From Candidatus Peregrinibacteria bacterium (GTDB lineage Bacteria; Patescibacteriota; Gracilibacteria; UBA1369), in NCBI GenBank assembly GCA_963708185.1, contig OY970195.1, positions 1,312,001 to 1,376,000 on the forward strand: a stretch of DNA of 64,000 bases, read 5' to 3'. The notes beneath the pieces are model-generated. The model was not told the origin of the DNA and searched no databases. It was given only the letters and a program-made list of their open reading frames with translations. Below, in pieces: positions 15,001 to 20,800 of this stretch. Positions within the stretch are counted from its first letter, which is position 1. Each line of letters begins with the position of its first letter. Position numbers and translations under genes: made by a program.

Positions 15001-16106
15001 AGAGAACCCCCGTTTCCAACTTTGAACGGCGTTTTGGCGAGCGTTGAATAGTCCCAGGTATTTCCAGAGATACTGTATCTCCAGAAATTTCTGCTGTTTG
15101 CTCCCTGGAAGCCGTAGATGTAGTCTCCGCTTCCCGGATACACCAGCGAGCCGCCGGTTCCGACTCCGTCCGGAGCCGAAGCCGGGATCGTGCCGTCGGC
15201 CGCATTGTTCCATCGGTTGTTGGCGACGTCGTATCTCCAGAAATCTTTATAGTTGCCGCCTCTGAAGGCGTAAATTTCACTTCCAACCACTGCGAGTGAA
15301 GCTCCATAGTTAAAGACTGACGGTGTACTGGCAAGAGTTGTCCAGGCACCCGGGGTCTGGGTTGTGTCGAAACTTGAAAATGTGTTGTTCGTCCTGAGCG
15401 CATAGAGGGTATTTCCAATGGAGACCATGGAAGCGCCATTGCCGAAAGAGTTCCCGGCCAAATCGGTCAGCGTGTTGGTCGAAGGATCGTATTTCCTGAA
15501 CGTTCCGTTTGTTTCAATAATGAAAAGCGTTCCGTTGACGTTGATGATGGAGTTCCCGGATCCCTGGAACGGACTTGCCGGTTGTGCCATCGCGGAAAGC
15601 GTCGTCGTTGAATCCGTCGCTTTGGCGCGGGTATTCAAAATCCATTTGTCGTTGGGAATATCGTAGATGTAAATGACGCTTGCTCCGCTTCCACCCGGAA
15701 AGACGTAAAGAAGATCTTTTGTTCCATCCTGGTCCAGGTCGACAGCGGTCATGGTAGCACCGTCAGTCGCGAAACCGGGATCGGCGAGCGTTGAGGCGTC
15801 ACAATCTTCGCTTGCAGGATCATAGCGTTTGAATCGTGGCGTACTTCCCGTCAACACATAGATGTAACCGTTTGCTTCAACCAGAGTGTTTCCGTTGCTT
15901 TGCAAGCTACAGTTGTTTGAAGATGTGGCGATCCAGGAGGAGGCCGGGAAAGCCAACGTCCCGTTCAAGAGTCCGGCAATGATCAGAGCCACAACAACAA
16001 ACGCACCTCCGAAAATGGCGACGCGATGTTTTTTGTTTTTTTGTACATGCTGGAATCTAGCACGTATCCATGCTGAAATTTTCGCGGGGAGGTTTTTATT
16101 TTCCAT
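1..16106 (-). CDS. Giant (>5,368 aa, 3' end outside window) membrane-anchored/secreted surface protein: Kelch-like propeller array, IPT/TIG, DUF2341, LamG, Big_1 and a second propeller repeat region
   Basis: ATG at 16106 gives MENKNLPAKISAWIRARF...VAIFGGAFVVVALIIAGLL (TM/signal). The same frame reads sensibly at ~8050 (TIYKYGLSRLVVT) and at 3-80 (NSTFVANPAPPASVAADGTSTALLTA). No closed minus-strand ORF is listed in this frame, implying no stop. Kelch-type repeats GGSLVYPGSGNYIYAFxG..FWRYDI...W recur. Confidence 0.93.
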   Translation of the reverse strand, partial: MENKNLPAKISAWIRARFQHVQKNKKHRVAIFGGAFVVVALIIAGLLNGTLAFPASSWIATSSNNCSLQSNGNTLVEANGYIYVLTGSTPRFKRYDPASEDCDASTLADPGFATDGATMTAVDLDQDGTKDLLYVFPGGSGASVIYIYDIPNDKWILNTRAKATDSTTTLSAMAQPASPFQGSGNSIINVNGTLFIIETNGTFRKYDPSTNTLTDLAGNSFGNGASMVSIGNTLYALRTNNTFSSFDTTQTPGAWTTLASTPSVFNYGASLAVVGSEIYAFRGGNYKDFWRYDVANNRWNNAADGTIPASAPDGVGTGGSLVYPGSGDYIYGFQGANSRNFWRYSISGNTWDYSTLAKTPFKVGNGGSLTTDGTYLYASRGNGTKDFWKYTIDASPANPGTWTTLPEAPLDIGVNFTSGSASTDARGGITYIPTGASGGPEIFMVSGNATTSNNYGDFFRYALTGTNANSWPLVPLPTSLPNNGNYGASLSYPGPSAADPSGDFLYFLEGSNQAQFWKFSLLKNTWIAWNRATTTLNGKTVSISQNSPTAGGLFQQGSGTNMLEVNGKFYVMQANRHFQRYDPATNTWVELMDTPNYTSNGASMVKIDNNTIYAFMGNYSFSPAPSQEFWKYDIPSDTWIAFNIGKRESDGAIFDNSGTSQGNGNTIAQVNGEMYILPGGSSSTFEKYNPVSNTWIALASAPANASSGSSLSAVGTDIYYLPGQSAGNFYKYNALTNSWTTMTSLPAGTPTLAYVGSGASLAYPGSGDKIYAFKGWYSFNTYPNRQFWSYSISGNSWAQLADAPQPVGGGAALVGVSSDPANIYAMGGENSKNFWRYNITNNRWNDPGDGNIPPSTPDFVQTGGALATDGTNIFVTQGGFKKGFWDYSPSTNRWTNLQDSPVKVGQACTISVPGLCPVSLGGLTYSNDATNGGIWMVPGNGVTGVNTTQSGTDTDYRGLIYRYNTNTSSWVYYQRPSSAPAAVNSGGSLTYPGSGNLIYALKGGTSNAKDLWIYDMSANQWRSMYQAKKDDGTPLSQDNFITNTSNVTTAANQGNGNAIAEANGAFYVLQGNSNKTFQRYDPTTNTWTQLADAPNFINAGARLMEKDSNTLYAFSGGAQGSNNFWKYDIPSNTWFSFNLGQDDNGTPFSQSGTNQSTGNTIVQLGGDMYVLAGSSQTFEKYSPGTNTWTTLEPSPVSATDTPSMVAIGTNIYMEPGSCSPSSSTPCFFQYNPQTNSWTPSSTIANGALRGAPLSWGSGATLEYPGSGDYIFALRGSTTNTFWKYCFQSSGSTPSATVCSPSQVGYWSGETGPSPVVTTPAAAPSTVTAGGSMASIGSNIYAFGGNNTTNFWRYNITNDRWNDAADGDVPDSAPEGVESGGALTSDGSYIYGTKGANSVMFWRYDPTATAGSRWIHQPNAPAKMGGTTTSSGKGGLTYYTYIDGSSNTRKEIWMVSGNGRNGFTPPISADPEAGGLIFRYSISGGASPSSWTYTPGTAYIGIGPSSGSSLTYYTPNGHIYAFTSNGSTTFWEYNPTTNEWNGSNKAKLESGDPISQSIFSQGGGNNMVLTGNKLYVLQGNNTQNFQQYDPSTNQWTLLENPPAVVTDGSTMVSTDSDTIYAFRGGSTTAFWQYKISTGHWTVMATTPATVGAGGSLVYPGSGNYIYAFEGNNTTAFWRYDITTDTWNSGGAGVTPAAVYGGGSLVYPGSGNYIYAFQGNNATSFWRYDVTTAWPPSSGNWTTTLSGAPATVLSGGSLTSDGGNTLYAVRGDNTTDTWTYDISGNTWTILGAPKTTPVNVGTASTSLAKGDLVYVPSGTYAGQSTGGELFLVSGNGTAGNISTSTVGTLFRYALSGPSAGTWPIKLAPAATQFGTGGGASLSSPTSSTLIYGLTGGATTNFVSYNPDVNEWNAAVRAKLDNDVPVSNAGGNQGVGNCVVPVNKKLYILAGASTTFQQYDPATNQWTNLESLPAAAGDGASMVSTDADTIYALRGGNSTNSYVYKISTGHWTALGNTPATILTGGALGYSGSGNFIYAFRGGSNNTIYQYDITQTAPGSWTTASFTAPANVSAGGAMVSAGGAIYATTGNSSNFYRYTAAGGWVAMSSAPWPLQSGGSLSSNGTQIWASRGAGTSDIRKYCTTTDADCTAGNWAAANIAAFPTNIGTNSTINARGGLAYVDPCALTSCAVLYGVSGNGTTGNGINSIGLLFRYPFTGTNANTWPVTVNLTQPPGTIGAGGSMVTDNSSTLYVSRGGNTSDMYKYTITPNGAGSWTALTSFPTGFGGNSIIGGQLAYTTSGPSGGPEIFAVSGAGTSGTLVGANTNQVVSSGVYQGNPGRGLIFRYPLTGANANTWPITSAPPPQVQVGATTYDIGGGGSLSSIGTNIYTLQGNSTLNFLNYNITNSPYSGDGTWSLLTSVPTGSATVNVGGSIVNDGTNLYVSKGNSTGEIYRYSTGGGVWSTLSSAPVNIGTSSNGGDIAYTANGPSGGPELFATTGKGTTFNTESYGQGYTGLLYRYVIGSDSWPFDYEAADLPASTNTFGGGSDIVSTPDGSTIYALRGNSSPTVANPNFWKFIPSSTGKGTWTAMTNLPNNTTPLDIQSGGSIVATDNNTLYALRGKATTDFYRYDVGAGTWTAQSAFPVNVGSASTSNDTGELAYDSTYGSLYATPGNDTTAPYTIYKYGLSRLVVTAVTKTGGGTPVAGQSMDVTVQRLDQNDNPLTSGDMQFTVSLKTGNGSLGGTITGNITNGNSSTTITGTTYSIADGGVVLTASDTTSPANPTTLAPGDSDPFSVDPPAPQITSLNVTSGPTDGRTGVTISGSDFTNYYIRPITINNPGSALSGYQVQVIMDTASLINAGKMRPDCGDIRFTDSIPSTSLGSYGSGSIPHMAYWLEPNTCDTISTKFWVYVGFSLNSGDNTIYANYGDFRLSDESSGTNTFIFYDDFTGTTIDTGKWTKVDASSSCTQTSYFSQNEKLLTSGGPFNFGCNGIYSNLNFDRSSAIELEMDYKTINNGNFVIGWKDTTTGTSGTSVVNRSNFVHSFYSNSTGSDDVYENNVNKGTSLNSQNWVANQQYKLKIILYPSGGAIYQRSTDNGNSWVTWMDTTSGGLTTTPVKIGFGDYSGQVEIDNVKVREYTANEPTATIGTESPTLTVSIGDLTPSAAVNSVTSGNINVTTNGPNNTGAFDTVVTDSDGQTITLPNSFTFNDPTFTSIDPDNGVPAGGTAVTITGTNFTPSDYTLPVTISNNSASTLADYQASFTVDTASLIETGKMTRDGRDIRFFDSDGTTPITNFWIEGPMDSAATKIWVKVPIIAASGNTTIYMHYSGDTSLTSQSNTTNTFIREIDTGSNKGAWPMDEVSGTTVTDSSGNGNTGTMEGTNAGTNVVSGKFNNARSFNGSNNDIDAGNASPLGIGGALTVEVWENMTTTGYYPRMVSNVSACCTYNGYELLFNGSNPPTPFLELANNGTETTVTAASTVAINSGWHHIVGTYDGTYARIYIDGNLSNTAQLNQAIGVSTTNLQIGHWINGGSSYYFPGQLDDVRIYNRALSAAEITDLYNNNGYTTTNSPGKVLVRKFQHQAANPNLESVSAIVGTATGSIPVQFDTSSATVSDANNTTVLAVTPAHTAATVPVAVTNLDGANATGSFIYGVPPNPTSVSPNQASINGGDTVDVYGTDFVATPQVLFDGTASSSVTFIDSTHLQALVPAHTGTGPVDVQVINPNTQQGTLTGGFSYTTITDPNNSTVVASPTNNLEDDGVDTSTVTVTLLDSSTPTPQPAPDKTVQLAASNVPSGGSVLIDAVNCSTGASLNNVPPDEATTGADGKACFKVSTSPASARGTSGTYTFQATDITTSPITVVQTADVTFVDLIANKTNSTFTAPGGSVAADGVSTKLLTATILNKNNVIVDGNTVSVSQVSGPGTATISAVTNPTNTSGVATFNVSTTTIGTYTFEATASSGTVTMDDPADIVTVDFTAGPTDPSTPHSTLTADTATVAADNANTATLTGLFRDQFDNPVIDTTVSFSQTSGPASSTITPVDCPNPEPAGSTTNKTNTNGKACATVVANLAGVYVFQATDTDNSVTLNQTVSITYTGPTQANSTIAASSSTVAANGLNSSTITMTLKDASNNLFGGRTVTMTKTPGLPTDGINAVDCSTGATLGGNSTTSDGNGQACFKVTNTSRGSFTYQAVNTTEGTPTLSTNISFVEGPAWDTNGNTIANAVNDDSTYAAPTRTKVLRTTDGSYITIWMDNRSGSTYSLFAQKYNSSGAPQWTPSSGLQLFDGSTVSAGQWGEPEIISDNSTGAFVTWIALNSGTSQYELQGRHVSSTGSFLWGASPKVVLNATHGGTYLSGPGEDAGYSIIADGTGGAFIAYRDYNLSNYYKSVTRIDSSGNVVTGDATSWPTRLGIGSTCSGGAFIDLSLVSPGVVRAAYPDESDVVGFCIGVNSDVNINISTLNSTTDYIANEGRINIRTNVSADTGLTPYTCNYSNPVHGTQESKSQWNERSFPDGSGGAYTLLADDCTTSTSLDDGMLYLHYGSDVSTNQVWNVQLTDLATLNSSGKYDAISDGNGGIFIVYLRTDGVFAQHYINNGGTPQSLFTGGTAVRLPGSIYSWKLVSGPTTGTAYVLFNDSGNGGTLGMKAVLLNSDGSFASAFGSSGLHIHNVMGYYIGDLNYAVYATNASELRTAISDGSGGLVAVGEGSTHGFANTPYINDVDNYILNVNSSGVLQWGTADDIEISPGADVQNTILETQQNQKMVTTSNNDTIVAWEDEADQSYYGSSYPPLASEFYSRLTHYGQHVPVADKIGPDGTSIWNPAYPGRGVPAVYNDTSTTTDHTNLSIAADQTSNTPNGGLLMAWKNVISNGTSTLFAQKLDSSGKRNTTWGGGNDNGRQMNTPGSNNSTPQILSDGNGGAFVAWISDSGTFPKADVVVGRIVSTDGTYDSNWGSNYKNVTNTNGLVESNPKMVRSGGYLYIAYEEDNTAGGRASDIYMAKVNETTGSTISAFYLVAITNTDEHLLDMNVDGNGNINILYSDDGGTGGKHRIIAKKMDTTGGTFWTTVVSSTADDNLNGRMASDNNNGMIVTWEQYDATGTASDIAVQRLDINGNKLWNDGDVISNSSQTVLKQNPHIVRDGSNSPYANDGAVITWDQANSGGTANYIYTQRVVNGIAQWDTNGMQITNTARFDQYPLILGDDNGGGIITWQGHASPPDIFGQSVIEGDHAYNSTFVKATSLTHVADGSDSELVTATLLDESGNPVTGRTITVNEILGNPANSTITPTVCASGGSAGVTNSSGESCATITSTEVGTLTFSATDTTDANNYNTITPTVSITFTAQPPTATNSTFVANPAPPASVAADGTSTALLTA
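10969..11154. repeat. Exact 42-bp direct repeat (10969-11010, 11113-11154) one Kelch blade (144 nt) apart
   Basis: TAGATGTAGTTGCCGCTTCCGGGGTAGACGAGTGATCCGCCG occurs twice and encodes GGSLVYPGSGNYIY. Confidence 0.9.
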
Positions 16107-16243
16107 GGTTTTTCGATAAAGCTTTATTTTTCTTTTCTATATATTTTATACTATTTTCCCTTTTTCATCAACTTGTTTACACAGTAAAGAGGCCGAGAGG
16201 AAGCCACTTTCGATTCCAATTAGCTTGACATTTTATATAAATA

Positions 16244-16333
16244 TGGCGGAGAGAGAGGGATTCGAACCCTCGATACCCTTGCAGGTATACCCGCCTTCCA
16301 AGCGGGCGCACTCGACCACTATGCGATCTCTCC
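16244..16333 (-). tRNA. tRNA-Ser(GGA)
   Basis: GGAGAGATCGCATAGTGGTCGAGTGCGCCCGCTTGGAAGGCGGGT...GGTTCGAATCCCTCTCTCTCCGCCA; long variable arm, encoded CCA. Confidence 0.97.
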
Positions 16334-16421
16334 TCATTTTTAGCGGCGGAAGTGGATCCCGCGAGACCCAAACATCCCTCGCTCGGCCTTGCGGCCTCGC
16401 CTTCACTCCGCTCGGTTTTTT

Positions 16422-16449
16422 AAAATCCCGCAGAGTGCCGCGGGATTTT
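16422..16449. terminator. Intrinsic terminator-like hairpin downstream of rpmB
   Basis: AAAATCCCGC-agagtgcc-GCGGGATTTT. Confidence 0.65.
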
Positions 16450-16473
16450 GTTTTTGTTCACAAATTCTTTGAT

Positions 16474-16713
16474 CTATCGAGCTTTTTTTGCAACCAGTTT
16501 TTTCACGAGTTTTCCGTATTTTGCTGGATTCTTGAGCAGGGTGCGCTGTGCGCGGACGCTGATCTTAAGCTTCACCGATTTTCCAGTTTTTGGATCAATG
16601 AACTTTTTCGTGGTAAGGTTCGGGTTATAACGGCGTCTGGTTTTGCGGTTGGAATGGCTGATGTTGTTTCCGACCTGGGGGCGCTTGCCGCTGAGCTGGC
16701 ATACTTGTGACAT
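16474..16713 (-). CDS. rpmB: 50S ribosomal protein L28
   Basis: MSQVCQLSGKRPQVGNNISHSNRKTRRRYNPNL signature. Confidence 0.97.
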   Translation of the reverse strand: MSQVCQLSGKRPQVGNNISHSNRKTRRRYNPNLTTKKFIDPKTGKSVKLKISVRAQRTLLKNPAKYGKLVKKLVAKKAR

Positions 16714-16857
16714 AGTGACGGATTAGTGAGTAGATTTTTTGGAAAAGTTATTTGGGTGCGTATCCTCTTTTCGTTATCGCGCTGCGGTTGACGGTTCGGC
16801 TGTTGTAAAAAATGCTTTTGCAGTTTACCATTGTTCTGACTTTTTTCAAGCAAAATC

Positions 16858-17481
16858 ATGATCACGGAGATTTATTTTTTGGTAGCTCTTGTGCTGGTTG
16901 TCACCATCCATGAGTTCAGCCATGCCTTCGTGGCCAAAAAACTGGGTGATCCGACGGCTCAGATTGCCGGAAGGCTCACCTTAAACCCTCTCGCTCATCT
17001 GGATCTCGTGGGGACGATCATGTTGTTTTTGATCCACATCGGATGGGGAAAACCCGTGCCCGTGAATCCGCATTATTTCAAGAATCCCAAGCGCGATGAG
17101 GCTTTGACGGCTTTAGCCGGACCGCTTTCAAGTCTCATCCTTGCGGCGGTGTTGACGCTTCCGGTCAAATACCTGGCCCTGGTGATGCCGGTTTTTGTTT
17201 TTCAGTTTTTATCCACGGTACTTGATGTTTCTCTGGTGCTTTTTATTTTCAATATGTTGCCTTTTCCTCCGCTTGACGGATCAAAGATCGTCGGCATCAT
17301 CATTCCGCACAGATTCCATCACGTTTACCAGAACTATCTGAGAAACGGCATGATGTATTTCGCGATTTTTTTACTTTTCGACCAATTTGTGTTGGTGAAT
17401 ATCTTGAATTTTTCGATTATGCAGTATGTCATTGGTACTGTGTTCACTTTTCTCAAGACATTACTCTTCCTGGGCACCTAG
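16858..17481 (+). CDS. Site-2 protease (M50 family zinc metalloprotease)
   Basis: HEFSH, GRLTLNPLAHLD, AGP and FNMLPFPPLDG motifs. Confidence 0.95.
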   Translation: MITEIYFLVALVLVVTIHEFSHAFVAKKLGDPTAQIAGRLTLNPLAHLDLVGTIMLFLIHIGWGKPVPVNPHYFKNPKRDEALTALAGPLSSLILAAVLTLPVKYLALVMPVFVFQFLSTVLDVSLVLFIFNMLPFPPLDGSKIVGIIIPHRFHHVYQNYLRNGMMYFAIFLLFDQFVLVNILNFSIMQYVIGTVFTFLKTLLFLGT

Positions 17482-17546
17482 GTTTAGTAGGTGAGTTTTT
17501 CAGAACCTACAATACCTAGTTATGTCTTCTGTAAGCCAAAAACCCC

Positions 17547-17575
17547 TTGCAAACTTTTGGGGAATTTGTTATATT
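17547..17575 (+). promoter_or_regulatory. Sigma70-type promoter of the 6S RNA
   Basis: TTGCAA-17 nt-TATATT immediately before the structured RNA. Confidence 0.65.
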
Positions 17576-17584
17576 TTGAACACT

Positions 17585-17732
17585 TTCTGTTTTGCTCGCT
17601 CTAAACCTCAAATACTCTCTCTTCACATCATTTAAGGGAGTCCGAGATTTTCCAACCCCGTGGGGTTGGCATGAGGGCACCCACACTGGATACTGGGGGT
17701 TTAGTATCCTGGGGTTTGGCGGCACGATGGAT
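17585..17732 (+). ncRNA. ssrS: 6S RNA
   Basis: Closing stem CTAAACCTCA(17601-10)/TGGGGTTTGG(17710-19) and ATACT/AGTAT, central bubble, GGGAGTCC/GGGCACCC inner stem, apical CCAACCC/GGGTTGG. GGGAG, GAGGGCACCCAC and GGCAC motifs are typical of 6S RNAs. Confidence 0.8.
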
Positions 17733-17755
17733 CATCACTTATTTTAAGAAAAAAT

Positions 17756-17787
17756 AAAAGGGGCTTCCAAAACCCGAAGCCCCTTTT
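17756..17787. terminator. Bidirectional intrinsic terminator
   Basis: AAAAGGGGCTTC-caaaaccc-GAAGCCCCTTTT between convergent 6S RNA and RCC1 gene. Confidence 0.85.
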
Positions 17788-17810
17788 TGTTGAAGAAGTT
17801 TGTCTTATGA

Positions 17811-20800
17811 TTACGTCGGGATGAGCGTGAAGGTAAAGGTCACGGTGTAGGTTCCCGCCGGTATATTTGAACCGTAGGCGCTGATATATGACGGAAGATC
17901 TACGGCGTAACTGATGTTTTGCGATGCCGTGCAGCGGCGTGCGGCGGCAGGGGCTGACATGAGGACGACCGGGGTCGTCGTGTCGCCCGTGCCAAGCGTG
18001 CTTCCAAGAACGCTGAAGGTGGAAAGGGCTCCGAGGTCGGGAGGTCCGCCCGCTGAGTCCGCATTGACCGAGCCGGTAATGTCGTTGGTCGGTCCGCTGC
18101 AGTCCGCAGCATATTCAATACCGTTTGTGGTGTCATCGATCGTACCCGAATTGCGGGGGAGTGTGCTCACGACGTAAAGATAATCCAGAGGAATGGTGTT
18201 CGCGTTGTCCGCCGTCGCGAATGGACTTGCCGAAAGCTGGACTTCAAATCCCGCTCCCGCGTCATCGCGGAGATCGGAGACGCTCAACGTATCCATGGCA
18301 TCGGCTCCGCCGGCATTGTTGAAGCTGGGAAGATTCGTGTTGTTCTGGGCGTTGGTGAATGCGGTGTTATCCGGGATGTCGGTGAAGGAAAGTGTTCCGG
18401 CCTGGATGGTCGTGGATGCGCAGCTTTCGTTGCTAGCAATCGGTCCGCAAGCTCCATAACAGTCCGTATCGGGAGTAGAATTATTCGCACAATATGTTTC
18501 GGCTGTGCAGAGTCCGTCGGTCTGGCAGTCGCACGCATCACCAAGAGTATCGGGGTTAGTGGCTGTGCTGTAAATTTCACCGTTGCCGTCACGATACGAT
18601 ATGAAGGCGACTTTTGTTCCGTCTGGATTGAAAATGGGATTATCTTCATTTGATGCTGGGGCGACAGAGAGATTGGTTTGGTTTCCGCCGTCACTGTCCA
18701 TGATGTAGATTTCGTCGTTGCCGCCAGGATTCGTGTAGAAAGCGATTTTTGTTCCGTCAGGGCTGTAGGTAGGGGCGTCTGCAACGGCAGCAGGAGTGAG
18801 GCTGGTTTGATTGGATCCGTTGACGTCCATGGTGAAGATTTCGTCCGGTCCGTTGCGGTCCGATATGAAGAGAATTTTTGTTCCATCCGGACTGAAAGCC
18901 TGGGGGTAATCGTTGTAGGTCCCGGTTGTCAGCTGCGTCTGGTTGGTTCCGTCAGCATCCATGATGAAAATTTTGTTGCCGCTGCCGGAATCTGAAGCAT
19001 AGGCAATTTTTGTTCCGTCGGCGCTGACGACGGCCCTGAATTCACTTCCCAGTGCGGTGTTTGTTAAGTTTGTCTGATTGGTTCCGTTCGAATCCATTGA
19101 GTAGATTTCGTCGTTTCCGTCCCGGTCGGAGAAAAAGTAAATTTTCGTTCCGTCCGGACTTATTCCGACGATGCCATCATTGAAACCCGGATCGTTCGTC
19201 AGATTGGTGACCCCGCTCCCGTCACTATTTATGCTGTAAACATCGAATCGTGATCCTGACGGTTGTGATTCGAAATAGATTTTCGTTCCGTCTGGACTGA
19301 AAAAAGGAGCGTCTTCACTGGTTGTTGGGGTGTTGGTAAGATCGAGCTGGTTTCTTCCATCGGAGTCCATAATGTAGATGTCGCTCGTAGAATCCGTATA
19401 TGAATATGAGGAGTAGGCGATCTTGGTTCCGTCCGGGCTGTATTTCGGTTCGGATTCGTCGGAATTGGACATGTTCGTCAGGTTGGTTGAGGATCCGGGG
19501 CCGTCGGTATTTTCCTGTCCGGGGTTTGGTACGGTCGGGCAGTTATCTGTGCTGTCGGGAACTCCGTCGCCGTCGGAATCACTTCCGCTTGTATAAGTAA
19601 AACCGTTCGTCAATGTCGAGCTTGAACGTCCGTCGGAAATGACGACGTCAACGGCTCCCGCGGCGTGTGCCGGCGTGTCGGCGGTAATAGTGTTTGAATC
19701 GATGAAGGTGACGTTGGTCGCCGAGAGCCCGTCAAAGGTGACAGTCATGCCCACCAGGGTGAAATAAGCACCGCTGATCGTGACAGTCGTTCCGCCGGCA
19801 TCGGATCCGCTGTTCGGACTGACGCAGTTCAGGGTGAACGAAATCTGGACGGGATTGGGTTGGTCGGCATCCGTTCCTCCGCCTGTTCCGTTGGTGGCAT
19901 TGCCGAGCTGTCCGTTGCTGTTGGCTCCCCACGTCCAGACGGTTCCGTCGGTTTTTACGGCCATTGAGTGTGTGTTGCCGGCCGCGATGGCGACTGCTCC
20001 GGAAAAGAAATTTGAAGATTCTGTTACTTCTGCCGGAACCAGTGAGGTTGTACCAACCGGGGTGTCGCTCCCGAGCTGTCCGTTGGTGTTGCTGCCCCAT
20101 GTCCAGACGGTGTTGTCGTCTTTCAATGCCATGGAATGGAATCTTCCTGCAGAAATTGACGTTACGTTGCTCAGGAATCCTGAACCGTCCGAAGGGTCGG
20201 TGACTTCGCTGACATCTTCATTTGAAGACGTGGTTCCAATACCCAGTTCTCCTTCGAGGTTGGTTCCCCAGGCCCAGACGTTTCCATTGAAATCCAATGC
20301 AAGGACGTGCTGTCTTCCCGCTGAAATTGCAGCAATGTTGTTGAGAGGGGCGGGGATTCTTCCAACCACGACGTCCACCGGGACGTTTTGTAAAGTGGTG
20401 TCGCCGTCTCCAAGTTCTTTATGGTTGTTGTAGCCCCAGGCTTTGACAGTCCCGCTATTTGTTAACGCATAGGACTGGAGTCTTCCTCCACTGACTTGAT
20501 AGACATTTTGTAAAAATCCCGAACCGTCCGAAGGGTCGGTCACCTGAATCGGTACGTTGCTGCTTCCTCCAGTGGTGCCCTGGCCGAGTTCTCCGTCGGT
20601 ATTGAGACCCCATGCCCAGACGGTTCCGTCGTTTTTCGCTGCAAGAGAATGAAATCTTCCGTTAGAAATGGAGTTCACGTTTTGGAGGAATCCACTTCCG
20701 TCTGAAGGGTCCGTGACCTGCACGGCAACGTGGCTGTCTGTATTATTCCCGATGCCGAGTTCTCCGTCGCTGTTGTAGCCCCATGCCCAAACGGTTCCGT

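Noticed and set aside
142-16119. Dozens of short ORFs listed on both strands over the first 16 kb
   Set aside because: Shadow or alternate-frame ORFs of the single giant minus-strand gene; no recognisable motifs
16177-17725. ORFs 16177-16371, 16225-16710 and 17516-17725
   Set aside because: They overlap tRNA-Ser, rpmB and the 6S RNA
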